Origin: an uncultured Candidatus Saccharibacteria bacterium
GTDB taxonomy: Bacteria > Patescibacteriota > Minisyncoccia > Phycocordibacterales > UBA9973
Assembly (NCBI GenBank): GCA_964613525.1
Contig: CAZTIN010000001.1
Span: forward strand, 1 to 49,141
Length of the DNA stretch: 49,141 bases
Direction: 5' to 3'
Below the pieces are notes generated by a model, which did no database searches, was not told the DNA's origin, and saw nothing but the letters and a program-made list of their open reading frames with translations. The position numbers and the translations under genes were made by a program. How positions within the stretch are numbered: position 1 is the first letter of the stretch; each line of letters opens with the position of its first letter. This document shows positions 9,314 to 17,598 of this stretch, in pieces.

Positions 9314-9634
9314 TTAGTACATTTCTTCGGCGAGTTTTTTAGCCTTTTCTATAATTTCAAGGTCAGTAATATATTGAAATCTGTCGAATGTGTTACCGTC
9401 TTTAGTCACCTGCTCCATAAACATATCAAATGGTCTTACATCCCAATGTTTACCTGCGCTATATACACCAGCAGACTCGTATAGCGGACGGTACACAACC
9501 ATAGCAGATTCATCTAACCCGTCTATCTCTGTATGATGGCCTACGTTTAGAACTTCGTATAAATAGTTATTCCACTCACCTGACTTGTCATGCTTGTAGT
9601 GGTAATAGAACCCTTTTTGTATTTCTTTTGCCAT
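9314..9634 (-). CDS. DUF1653 family protein
   Basis: YYHYKHDKS...YEVLNVGHHTE...VVYRPLY...WDVRPFDMF matches the DUF1653 pattern as I recall it. Confidence 0.65.
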   Translation of the reverse strand: MAKEIQKGFYYHYKHDKSGEWNNYLYEVLNVGHHTEIDGLDESAMVVYRPLYESAGVYSAGKHWDVRPFDMFMEQVTKDGNTFDRFQYITDLEIIEKAKKLAEEMY

Positions 9635-9661
9635 AATATAAAAATTTATTTAACTGTAACA

Positions 9662-10879
9662 TTATTTATAATAGCGTGTCAAAAATTCTGTTTTAAATTC
9701 TTCAAATTTATCGTCTAGTATTGATTGACGCATGTCTTGAACTAATTTATTTATAAAATAAATATTATGAATACTTGCCAGCGTCGCAGCTAACATTTCT
9801 TTTGCGCGGAAGAGATGCGCAACATAAGACTGAGTAAAGTTAGCACAAGTATAACACTGACAGCCTGATTCAATAGGCTCAAATACAGTCTGACATTTTT
9901 CGTTCATTAGATTTAGTCTACCGCTAGCAGTATACACAGTACCATGACGCGCCATGCGAGTAGGAGCAACACAGTCAAAGAAATCTATTCCGCGCTCTAC
10001 ACCCATAAACAAATCTATTGGTTCACCTATACCTAGCAAATGTCTTGGTTTACCTTTCGGCAGAACTTGCGTAACCCAAGATACAGCTGTGGTCATATCA
10101 TCTTTGGAAAAGCTGCCGCCAATACCGAATCCTTCGAATTCTCTTCCATTTGGAGCCTGCATCTTAGCTAAAGCCTCAGCTGAAAGTTTACGCAAATCTT
10201 CATACTGTGCGCCTTGGACAACACCAAATAGCGCTTGGTCCCCATTCGGGTCAAGTTCAGTATGTGTGTTCAGTGACTCTTCGGCCCATTTATGTGTACG
10301 ATTCAATGACTCTTTCTGGTATTCATACGACTCGGTCGGACTAGTACATTCATCAAATGCAAATATAATATCTGCTCCAAGATTCTTCTGGATTTCCATA
10401 GACTTCTTCGGTGTTAAGTAATGTAATGATCCATCTATGTGTGAACGGAATGAAACACCTTCGGACCCGACTTTGGCTAGTGGAGCAACGTCATCCCCTG
10501 AACGACCGGAAGAAAGCTGCATTATTTCTTCGCCAGTAGCGACTTTGGAGACACTCTTGCCATATGCCGCCCCAAGAGAGAAAACCTGGAAGCCGCCGCT
10601 ATCCGTCATAGTAGGACCGGACCAATTCATCCATTTCGGAAAGCCGCCAGCCTGAGCGATAACTTCATCCCCTGGCTGTAAATAAAGATGATAAGTATTA
10701 GCTAACACAACCTGCACACCACAAGAAATAAGCATTTCTGGTGTCATTGATTTTACGGTAGATTTAGTACCCACAACTACAAAAGTAGGAGTCAGTATAC
10801 GTCCATGAGGAGTATCATAATAACCAACTCGGCCGCCAGTAGGTAATTCTTTTTCTATATGAAAATTAAATTTAGACAT
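9662..10879 (-). CDS. tgt: Queuine/preQ1 tRNA-ribosyltransferase (tRNA-guanine transglycosylase)
   Basis: Motifs VLANTYHL and MTDSGGFQVFSL, plus a Zn site CQCYTC...H near the C-terminus. Confidence 0.9.
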   Translation of the reverse strand: MSKFNFHIEKELPTGGRVGYYDTPHGRILTPTFVVVGTKSTVKSMTPEMLISCGVQVVLANTYHLYLQPGDEVIAQAGGFPKWMNWSGPTMTDSGGFQVFSLGAAYGKSVSKVATGEEIMQLSSGRSGDDVAPLAKVGSEGVSFRSHIDGSLHYLTPKKSMEIQKNLGADIIFAFDECTSPTESYEYQKESLNRTHKWAEESLNTHTELDPNGDQALFGVVQGAQYEDLRKLSAEALAKMQAPNGREFEGFGIGGSFSKDDMTTAVSWVTQVLPKGKPRHLLGIGEPIDLFMGVERGIDFFDCVAPTRMARHGTVYTASGRLNLMNEKCQTVFEPIESGCQCYTCANFTQSYVAHLFRAKEMLAATLASIHNIYFINKLVQDMRQSILDDKFEEFKTEFLTRYYK

Positions 10880-10882
10880 AAT

Positions 10883-11668
10883 TTATTTACCTATGGCTAT
10901 ATAGCGCAAATACTGGAAGTTAACAATGGAACGCAAATATACTATTTGATCTTTCGTGTCATCACGAGATACTGTTTTTACAACTTCAGCAAAAGGTTCG
11001 CCAAAAAGTGATGGTTTAACAGCTAATGAGCCGACTGGTATTTTAACTTCTTTCGGTAATATGGCTTCGAATCCGCCGCCGCCGCGCCCACGCATAGTAA
11101 CAGAGATACTGTCCATTGCATCTTCAAGTAGTATGTCCGCAACTGTTTCTGTACTAGGTGAAGAATACAGTGTTACTGTACCATTACCATCCATAAACGA
11201 AGTTACGCTACCTATAGGTATACCGGATAATGTATATACATCATTTCCTGTATTTACCACATCAGAAGATTTGATAACCAAAGTATCATATACAGCGGCA
11301 CTAGGCTTACTAACAACGGTAGCTACTACCGTGTCGGATTTCTCTATGACACTATTTTTAAATCCGCTATTTTCATTCTGTAGTAAATCATAGTCAACCA
11401 TTTTAAGACGAAGCTCCGCATTTTCAGATTCCAAATCATTGACTCTGTTTAACAAATTTTGTTTGGAATGAGTCAGCGAATACAGGCCACGTTCTACGGC
11501 ATTACTAGCTTCAAGAACAGGCACCATCGTACGGTAAGAGAAGCCTTTGAAAAAGTTATAAAATACAAAAACAACACCCGCGCAGAAAACAAAAAGAAGA
11601 CCATACTTGATACCGTTGTATCGTCTTCTTGGAGTAATAAAATAATTGTTATCTTGGTGGTAAGCCAT
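10883..11668 (-). CDS. mreC: Rod shape-determining protein MreC
   Basis: N-terminal TM helix, a coiled coil (LESENAELRLKM), a beta-rich C-terminal domain, and a position immediately after mreB. Confidence 0.75.
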   Translation of the reverse strand: MAYHQDNNYFITPRRRYNGIKYGLLFVFCAGVVFVFYNFFKGFSYRTMVPVLEASNAVERGLYSLTHSKQNLLNRVNDLESENAELRLKMVDYDLLQNENSGFKNSVIEKSDTVVATVVSKPSAAVYDTLVIKSSDVVNTGNDVYTLSGIPIGSVTSFMDGNGTVTLYSSPSTETVADILLEDAMDSISVTMRGRGGGGFEAILPKEVKIPVGSLAVKPSLFGEPFAEVVKTVSRDDTKDQIVYLRSIVNFQYLRYIAIGK

Positions 11669-12695
11669 TCTCAGGTGAAACTAAAACTTCTTTATAATAA
11701 TCAAGATCATCTAACACTATTCCTGTACCGCGAGCAACTGCTGTTAGTGGATCATCGGCAACATATACTGGTATTTTTACAGCGCTACTTAATAGTTTAT
11801 CAAATCCACGAATAAGTGCACCTCCTCCTGAAAGAACAATTCCGCGATGTATAACGTCGGACAATAGTTCAGGTGGAGTATTTTCTAAAACTTCTTTTGT
11901 TGAATCAACAATCGCCAAAAGAGAGCTCATCATGGCGCTACGTATATCAGAATCAGTTACTATTATTTCTCTTGGTAGGCCTGTTACAAGGTCGCGACCT
12001 CTGATAGGACATTCTAGTGGTTCACTAGAAATAGCGTTACCCAATGCTATTTTTACAGCTTCGGCAGTCTTGATACCAACTAGTAGTTTAAATTCGTCAC
12101 GCATATAGGTAACGATGTCTTCGTTAAATTTGTCACCAGCAATACGCAGATTCTTAGAACGGACTATTCCACCTAGCGCAATAACAGCAATATCAGTAGT
12201 ACCACCACCAATGTCCACAATGATGGAACCGATAGCATCTTTAACTGGTAGTCTTACACCGATAGCCGCAGCCATTGGCTCTTCTATAATGTAGACTTCG
12301 CGGGCACCACCTGACATAGCCGCATCATAAACTGCACGAGTCTCAACATTCGTAATAGCAGTAGGTACACCTACAACAACACGCGGACGGAAAAATTTAG
12401 GAGAAATTCTTTCTGTTTTTTGTATAAGATAGGATAGCATTTCTTCTGTAACTTCAAAGTCAGAAATAACACCGTCTACTACTGGCTGAACAGCACGAAT
12501 ATGTGCTGGTGTACGACCTAACATTTGTTTAGCGGAAGCCCCAACAGCAACTATTTGTCCTGTCTTTTGATTTACCACTACAACACTGGGTTCGTTAATA
12601 ACGATTCCCTGGTTCCGTAAATACACCAAGGTATTCGCGGTACCTAAATCTATTCCTATATCGTTTGAAAATGTTTTATAAAGCTTATTCCACAT
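11649..12695 (-). CDS. mreB: Rod shape-determining actin homologue MreB
   Basis: DIGIDLGTANTLVY, VDIGGGTTDIAV and VLSGGGALIRG actin-fold phosphate/adenosine motifs. Confidence 0.92.
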   Translation of the reverse strand: MWNKLYKTFSNDIGIDLGTANTLVYLRNQGIVINEPSVVVVNQKTGQIVAVGASAKQMLGRTPAHIRAVQPVVDGVISDFEVTEEMLSYLIQKTERISPKFFRPRVVVGVPTAITNVETRAVYDAAMSGGAREVYIIEEPMAAAIGVRLPVKDAIGSIIVDIGGGTTDIAVIALGGIVRSKNLRIAGDKFNEDIVTYMRDEFKLLVGIKTAEAVKIALGNAISSEPLECPIRGRDLVTGLPREIIVTDSDIRSAMMSSLLAIVDSTKEVLENTPPELLSDVIHRGIVLSGGGALIRGFDKLLSSAVKIPVYVADDPLTAVARGTGIVLDDLDYYKEVLVSPENGLPPR

Positions 12696-13929
12696 GACTC
12701 ATTATTCCATCCAGGCTAACTATCTGACTTTCTGTACTATTTCTGTTTTTAATTTCGACGCCACCATTTTCTAAACTACGCTTAGAAACAACAATACGAA
12801 CTGGTATACCAATAAGATCTGCATCAGCGAATTTTTCCCCGGCACTAGAATTAACTCTGTCGTCAAAGAAAACTTCTACGCCTTTACTTGTTAAATCGTT
12901 ATAAATTTCTTCTGCTTTGGATAGACCTTCGTCACCAAGCCCAACAAGATGAACTTGAAAAGGTGCTATTTCTTTAGGCCAAATAATACCGTTTTCGTCT
13001 GACAGGACTTCTACAATTGTACCCATAAGACGAGTAAGTCCAATACCATATGAACCCATAAATACAGGCACGTCTTCACCTGATTCATTTTTATAAGTTA
13101 GTTCAAAAGGTAAAGAGAATTTATGACCTAATGAAAATATATTACCGACTTCTATGGCTTTTTCTTCGACTAATGAATCTTTTGTTATACCAAGGTCAGC
13201 TAAAACTTCATCGTTTAATACTTCTTTGTTAATAGCTATTCCTTTTTCTTTATTAATATAAATCAAATCTTCACCAGCGCTCGATACAGTCTGAAACTCA
13301 TGAGAATACTTCGAAAATGTTCCACCTGATGCAAAAGTAACATAAGTCATATCACCTAGACCAACACGCTGATATACCCGAACATAGGCATTCTTTATTT
13401 TTTCATAAAATTCATCGTGCTCTTTTTGGTCTTTAGAAAATGAGTAAAGTGCTTTCCAGTAGAATTCACGTCCGCGCATTATACCTGACTTACTACGTGC
13501 TTCGTTACGAAATATGGTTTTAAAATCATAAGGATAAACAGGCAAATCTTTATATGAAGAAATAAAATCCTTCATAATATTCGAATAGGCTTCTTCATTA
13601 GTAAATGAAAGACCAACGTCGCTACCATTCTTAAGAGTAGTCTTAAACCAGTTATCTACAACATCGTCATTCCATCTGTTAGTTTTTGCCCAGACTTCTT
13701 TTGATTGCAAGACTGAAGTCTTCATTTGAACTCCACCAACAGAATTCATTTCTTCACGAACTATCTTAATTATTTTCTCTAGAACTCTTTGACCTAATGG
13801 CAGCATTGAATAAACACCGGCCATTTCCTTGTGTATGTAACCAGCGCGTATTAAGAGTTGTGCATTTTTTGCAACCTCATCAGCTGGAGCTTCTTTGCGA
13901 GTTCTAGTAAACAATTTAGATTGCTTCAT
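12685..13929 (-). CDS. proS: Prolyl-tRNA synthetase, bacterial type lacking the INS editing domain (about 414 aa)
   Basis: N-terminus KLFTRTRKEAPADEVAKNAQLLIRAGYI; motif 2 FRNEARSKSGIMRGREF; a class II core and an anticodon-binding domain. Start set to ATG 13929, 7 nt after a -10 box; the track start at 13935 is GTG. Confidence 0.88.
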   Translation of the reverse strand: MKQSKLFTRTRKEAPADEVAKNAQLLIRAGYIHKEMAGVYSMLPLGQRVLEKIIKIVREEMNSVGGVQMKTSVLQSKEVWAKTNRWNDDVVDNWFKTTLKNGSDVGLSFTNEEAYSNIMKDFISSYKDLPVYPYDFKTIFRNEARSKSGIMRGREFYWKALYSFSKDQKEHDEFYEKIKNAYVRVYQRVGLGDMTYVTFASGGTFSKYSHEFQTVSSAGEDLIYINKEKGIAINKEVLNDEVLADLGITKDSLVEEKAIEVGNIFSLGHKFSLPFELTYKNESGEDVPVFMGSYGIGLTRLMGTIVEVLSDENGIIWPKEIAPFQVHLVGLGDEGLSKAEEIYNDLTSKGVEVFFDDRVNSSAGEKFADADLIGIPVRIVVSKRSLENGGVEIKNRNSTESQIVSLDGIMSHVE

Positions 13930-13936
13930 ATACACT

Positions 13937-13965
13937 ACTCTACCCTAAAAACACATATAAATCAA
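13937..13965 (-). promoter_or_regulatory. proS promoter TTGATT-17-TAGAGT, 7 nt before ATG 13929
   Basis: Minus strand reads TTGATTtatatgtgtttttagggTAGAGTagtgtatATG. Confidence 0.5.
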
Positions 13966-13980
13966 AGGGGTTATATAAAA

Positions 13981-14004
13981 AGAAAAAAGGCAGGTTTCCC
14001 TGCC
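13981..14004 (-). terminator. Terminator of the lipoprotein gene
   Basis: GGCAGG-gaaa-CCTGCC followed by TTTTTT on the minus strand. Confidence 0.5.
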
Positions 14005-14019
14005 CTCTTTACCATTTTT

Positions 14020-14319
14020 TTAATCAGCTAATCCAAGTCCGGTTATTTCGTCCTTGTATTTCTTTGCTTTGGCCCACCAGGCTTTCTTTCTGGTAATCGT
14101 CACTGTATCGCCGGCTGCGATTTGAAACAATTTTGGATTCAAGGCATCCCCGCTAACAGTAGTGTGCGATGTCCCTAATGTCCTGTATGGAATAGGATCG
14201 CCATTACCTGGGTTAGAAGTTACAACTGCCGAGAATCTATCCCGGAGACCATCCCATTCTTTTTTACAAGAATAAAACAGCGCAGTAGTAATAAATAGTA
14301 ATAATATTTTGAATTTCAT
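14020..14319 (-). CDS. Small putative lipoprotein (about 99 aa)
   Basis: MKFKILLLFITTALFYSC signal with a Cys lipobox-like site. The track's GTG start (14358) lies in the predicted promoter, so ATG 14319 is preferred. Confidence 0.5.
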   Translation of the reverse strand: MKFKILLLFITTALFYSCKKEWDGLRDRFSAVVTSNPGNGDPIPYRTLGTSHTTVSGDALNPKLFQIAAGDTVTITRKKAWWAKAKKYKDEITGLGLAD

Positions 14320-14348
14320 GATAATACTGTGTTTTATATATTGCTTAT

Positions 14349-14377
14349 ATAATAACACATTTTTAATAAAAAATCAA
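14349..14377 (-). promoter_or_regulatory. Lipoprotein gene promoter TTGATT-17-TGtTATTAT
   Basis: Minus strand reads TTGATTttttattaaaaatgTGtTATTAT; 29 nt to ATG 14319. Confidence 0.45.
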
Positions 14378-14400
14378 TAGATTGGGTCCGGATTCTATCC

Positions 14401-14429
14401 TTGCAAAATCAGTGATTTTATGGTACTTT
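14401..14429 (+). promoter_or_regulatory. rpsB-tsf promoter TTGCAA-17-TGgTACTTT
   Basis: TTGCAAaatcagtgattttaTGgTACTTT, followed by a leader of about 110 nt. Confidence 0.45.
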
Positions 14430-14546
14430 TTAGTAGTCCGTGAATTTAGAGCTGTGCTCTATTTTTTGTTGCTTTGTGGCTATATTGTCACCGTAGCGAG
14501 CAGAAACGGACGAGATTAGTTAATTCGCCTTTGGCGTATATATAAT
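14430..14546 (+). promoter_or_regulatory. Structured rpsB 5' leader (candidate S2 autoregulatory/attenuator element)
   Basis: Long-range pairing GTCCGT (14436-14441) / ACGGAC (14506-14511); hairpin TAGAGC-tgt-GCTCTA (14447-14461) followed by T6; hairpin CGCC-ttt-GGCG just before the ATG. Confidence 0.3.
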
Positions 14547-15230
14547 ATGGAAACAAAACCATTCGTACAGGCTCTCTTGGAAGCCGGTGCCCACTATGGG
14601 TTCACAAAGACTCGTCGTCACCCAAGTACACAAAATTTTATAATTGGCACAAAAAACCGTGCTGACCTTATCAACCTAGAAGCAACTGCTGAACAAGTAG
14701 AAAAAGCTAAAGAAGTTATGCGTGGCATGGCTGCTGGTGGTAAGACTGTAATGATAGTCGGTACAAAGACAGAAGCTGAAAAAGCTATTCTAAACGCGGC
14801 TGAAAAAATCCAAGCATTACATGTTGCTAACAGATGGGTCGGTGGTATCATCACAAACTTTTCAGAAATTCGTAAAAGAATTGCACGCCTAACAACATTG
14901 CGTGACGAAAAATCACAAGGCCTACTAGAAAAATATACAAAGAAAGAACGCCTACTAATAGACCGTGAAATGGACAAAATGGAAAGAAATTTCGGTGGTC
15001 TAGTAGATATGAAGCGTATACCTGACATAATGGTAGTTGTTGACCCAGGTAACGAACATATTGCAGTAACAGAAGCTAAGAAAATGCAAATCCCAGTTAT
15101 AGCTATTGCTAACACTGACTGCGATATAACCAAAGTTGACTACCCTATCGTAATGAACGACTCTTCAAAAGCTTCTATAGACCTAGTAATAGGTACTCTG
15201 GCTGAAGCTTACGCAAACGGACGCGCCTAG
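14547..15230 (+). CDS. rpsB: 30S ribosomal protein S2
   Basis: LLEAGAHYGFTKTRRHP...NRWVGGIITNF...; followed by tsf. Confidence 0.95.
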   Translation: METKPFVQALLEAGAHYGFTKTRRHPSTQNFIIGTKNRADLINLEATAEQVEKAKEVMRGMAAGGKTVMIVGTKTEAEKAILNAAEKIQALHVANRWVGGIITNFSEIRKRIARLTTLRDEKSQGLLEKYTKKERLLIDREMDKMERNFGGLVDMKRIPDIMVVVDPGNEHIAVTEAKKMQIPVIAIANTDCDITKVDYPIVMNDSSKASIDLVIGTLAEAYANGRA

Positions 15231-15311
15231 ACGAACATAGTTCGTCGGCCGAACAAAAATGAATTTTTGTTTTAGGCTTAAATTTATTAGATCTTTTAAT
15301 AAAAAATAAAT

Positions 15312-16091
15312 ATGTCTACAATTTCAATTGAACAAGTAAAAGCATTGCGTGACGAATCAGGTGTTTCTATTATGCAGTGCCGCAAAGCTCTAGAAGAAGC
15401 TGGCGGTGATATGGAAAAAGCACGTGTTATTCTTTCTAAGAAAAGTAGTGAGGCTGCTGCCAAGAAAGCAGACCGTGAGACATCAGACGGCACAGTAGTT
15501 ATTACAAAGACTCCTGATGGAATCATGATGTTTACTCTACTATGTGAGACTGATTTCGTTGCTAAAAACGATGACTTTGTAAAACTAGCTCAAGACCTAG
15601 CAGATGTTGCAAGTAAAGAAGGCATGTCAGCTGCTGAATCAAAAGCAGAAGCAATGATTGCTCCTGTTATCCAAAAAGTTGGTGAAAACATCCGCATTGG
15701 TAAAATAGAAGAATTAAAAGGAACAACACTAGGTTCATACGTACACAGCGGTAAAAGCGGTGTAATAGTATCATTAGAAGGTGGAGATGAAGACCTAGCT
15801 CGCGACATAGCGATGCACATAGCTGCAATGAAGCCACTATACATAACAACAGCTGATATTGACGAAGCAGCAAATGTTGCAGCTAATGAAGTCTTTGCAG
15901 CTGAAATTGCAGCATTAGACAAGCCAGAAGAAATGAAAGCTAAAATCTTAGCTGGTAAACTAGATGCTTATTTCAAAGAAATGACTCTTATGAATCAAGG
16001 ATTCATCAAGAACCCTGAAGTAACAATAGAAAAACTATTAGCAAACAAGAATGCAAAGCTTGCATCATTCAAGACAGCTTTTCTTGGATAA
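15312..16091 (+). CDS. tsf: Elongation factor Ts
   Basis: N-terminal UBA-like VKALRDESGVSIMQCRKALEEAGGDMEKA, then LLCETDFVAKND; classic rpsB-tsf pairing. Confidence 0.9.
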   Translation: MSTISIEQVKALRDESGVSIMQCRKALEEAGGDMEKARVILSKKSSEAAAKKADRETSDGTVVITKTPDGIMMFTLLCETDFVAKNDDFVKLAQDLADVASKEGMSAAESKAEAMIAPVIQKVGENIRIGKIEELKGTTLGSYVHSGKSGVIVSLEGGDEDLARDIAMHIAAMKPLYITTADIDEAANVAANEVFAAEIAALDKPEEMKAKILAGKLDAYFKEMTLMNQGFIKNPEVTIEKLLANKNAKLASFKTAFLG

Positions 16092-16094
16092 AGC

Positions 16095-16103
16095 TGATAT
16101 ACT
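16095..16103 (+). promoter_or_regulatory. Extended -10 box TGaTATACT, 7 nt before ATG 16111
   Basis: gcTGaTATACTataaactATG. Confidence 0.45.
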
Positions 16104-16110
16104 ATAAACT

Positions 16111-16548
16111 ATGGGCATGGTAACTTTTATAATTATTTTCCTTGTATCGATAGCTACCATTGTAGCTATACTATACTGGCAGTGGAAACTAGTTCGTGAC
16201 GGTAAAATAGAAATCAAAGGACTAAAGAGCGGACACAGCGGAAACGAAACTCCTATAACAATTAGAGACATTGGAATACTGCTACTATATGTAATCAAGC
16301 ACACTGTGCAATTCATAATAGTACAGCTATCAAAAGTTTATTTCCTAATAATGCGTAAACTGCGCAATATGGCAAAAACCAAGAATCCAAAAGTAGCTAA
16401 AATCATAAACAAAATAAAAGTCCCTAAAGTTTCACCACAAGCTAAAAGCTTCGTCAGGAAAACCATAGAAGAAACCAAGCAAAAGGTTAACAGAGTCAAA
16501 CAAGACCTGGCACACCTAGAAGAATCTATAGAAAAAAGAGTCGATTAA
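16111..16548 (+). CDS. Hypothetical membrane protein, 145 aa
   Basis: N-terminal TM helix and a basic/coiled C-terminal half. Own TGaTATACT box 7 nt upstream and a terminator over the stop codon. Confidence 0.5.
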   Translation: MGMVTFIIIFLVSIATIVAILYWQWKLVRDGKIEIKGLKSGHSGNETPITIRDIGILLLYVIKHTVQFIIVQLSKVYFLIMRKLRNMAKTKNPKVAKIINKIKVPKVSPQAKSFVRKTIEETKQKVNRVKQDLAHLEESIEKRVD

Positions 16549-16562
16549 ATCGACTCTTTTTT
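16538..16562 (+). terminator. Terminator of gene 16111..16548
   Basis: GAGTCGA-ttaaa-TCGACTC followed by TTTTTT; the stop codon is in the loop. Confidence 0.65.
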
Positions 16563-16566
16563 CTAC

Positions 16567-16595
16567 TTGAAATCTAATTTAAATAATGCTATTAT
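16567..16595 (+). promoter_or_regulatory. tRNA-Thr promoter TTGAAA-17-TGcTATTAT
   Basis: TTGAAAtctaatttaaataaTGcTATTAT; the predicted TSS is about 50 nt upstream of the mature tRNA 5' end. Confidence 0.5.
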
Positions 16596-16600
16596 GCCTG

Positions 16601-16650
16601 TAACTTAAATAAACATCGTCTAATTTATTAGATATCGTTTATTTAAGTTA
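16601..16650 (+). other. 50-nt palindromic hairpin filling the pre-tRNA-Thr 5' leader
   Basis: 14-bp perfect stem TAACTTAAATAAAC (16601-16614) / GTTTATTTAAGTTA (16637-16650), plus an inner stem TCTAAT/ATTAGA. It ends 1 nt before the tRNA. Confidence 0.6.
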
Positions 16651-16651
16651 T

Positions 16652-16724
16652 GCCACTTTAGCTCAGTTGGTAGAGCAACGCTTTTGTAAAGCGAAGGTCC
16701 TCGGTTCGAGTCCGAGAAGTGGCT
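16652..16724 (+). tRNA. tRNA-Thr (anticodon UGU), 73 nt, no encoded CCA
   Basis: Hand-folded cloverleaf. Acceptor GCCACTT/AAGTGGC; D arm GCTC-AGTTGGTA-GAGC; anticodon arm ACGCT-TTTGTAA-AGCGA (one A.A mismatch at 27-43); variable loop AGGTC; T arm CTCGG-TTCGAGT-CCGAG; discriminator T. Confidence 0.85.
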
Positions 16725-16730
16725 CAAATA

Positions 16731-16753
16731 ACCCCCACACACGTGGGGGTTTT
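16731..16753 (+). terminator. Terminator immediately after tRNA-Thr
   Basis: CCCCCAC-acac-GTGGGGG followed by TTTT. Confidence 0.65.
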
Positions 16754-16852
16754 GAGTTACGTCAGAATTCAAACTTCTTTGAATTCGCGGACGAGAAAGG
16801 CTTTTCGTTGTTGAATGAAATGAAACCGAAAAGCACCTGGCTACGTGGTAGC

Positions 16853-16873
16853 CGAGTCCGAGAAGTGGCTCAA
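16853..16873 (+). repeat. 21-nt exact direct repeat of the tRNA-Thr 3' end (copy of 16707-16727)
   Basis: CGAGTCCGAGAAGTGGCTCAA occurs at 16707-16727 (T-loop to discriminator +3) and again at 16853-16873. The second copy has no upstream tRNA body. Confidence 0.85.
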
Positions 16874-16912
16874 TCAAAACAAAACACCCGTTATTGGGTG
16901 TTTTGTTTTGAT
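16873..16912. terminator. 17-bp perfect hairpin overlapping the 3' end of gene 16891..17592; candidate bidirectional terminator
   Basis: ATCAAAACAAAACACCC-gttatt-GGGTGTTTTGTTTTGAT. Confidence 0.55.
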
Positions 16913-17592
16913 TTAGATTCTTTTTCGGCTTTTTCAAGCTCGGCTTTCATCTTTAGAATATCAGGACTTGTCTTCTCTATGTCTTCCATAGACTTGAATC
17001 CAGTGTAGAGTTTTTCGTTTATAACCAGGGCTGGCAATTTCGTATCTTCAACTTTGAAGATTTTTATCAGAGATTGGAGTGCCGTTAATTCCAGATTATA
17101 ATCAAATGAATATATTCTAGCTTCTGGGTATTTCTTACGGAGCTCAGTTAGTACAGCAGACTGTTTTATACATTCGCTACAATTTTCAGCTGTAGTATAG
17201 AAGTAAAATATTGGTACTACTGTTGTGCCGCATTTAGCCTTGATCTTCTGCATTAAAAGATAGTCTTTTATTTCTAGCAGTGAATAATAGCGTTTTAGTT
17301 CTGTGACTTCATCTTTGTTACGAATATTTTGTTCACTATAAGCTATTTTGTCAGATAGTTCATTCAAAGTATCAGACAGTGTATTAGCAGCTACATCTTT
17401 ACATGAAAGCTCCTGCAGTAACTGAAATTGAGTTTCAGATGACATTATATCTATTGCCACAGAATCCTGAATGGATTTAATATTCTTTAATTTTTTACCG
17501 GATAAAAAAGATGAAAGAGACAATGTTGTTAGAAACAGTGCCAGAGTTATAACAAAAACCACCAAATATCTTTTAACGTCTTGTTTGTTCAT
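16891..17592 (-). CDS. Membrane-anchored thioredoxin/glutaredoxin-like protein (CSEC active-site motif)
   Basis: N-terminal TM helix, a coiled region, then ...FYFYTTAENCSECIKQ... (CxxC in a Trx-like context). Confidence 0.5.
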   Translation of the reverse strand: MNKQDVKRYLVVFVITLALFLTTLSLSSFLSGKKLKNIKSIQDSVAIDIMSSETQFQLLQELSCKDVAANTLSDTLNELSDKIAYSEQNIRNKDEVTELKRYYSLLEIKDYLLMQKIKAKCGTTVVPIFYFYTTAENCSECIKQSAVLTELRKKYPEARIYSFDYNLELTALQSLIKIFKVEDTKLPALVINEKLYTGFKSMEDIEKTSPDILKMKAELEKAEKESKSKQNTQ

Positions 17593-17598
17593 AATTAC

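Noticed and set aside
16754-16852. The spacer after tRNA-Thr as SRP RNA, tmRNA or RNase P RNA
   Set aside because: It has none of the signature motifs (no GGAAGCAG-type SRP domain IV, no tmRNA 5' GGGG...tag ORF, no RNase P GAGGAAAGTCC core) and is too short.
16620-17008. Track ORFs 16620..16937 (-) and 16667..17008 (+)
   Set aside because: They run through the tRNA-Thr gene, its terminator and the tRNA-fragment repeat, so the region is better explained as RNA and non-coding structure.
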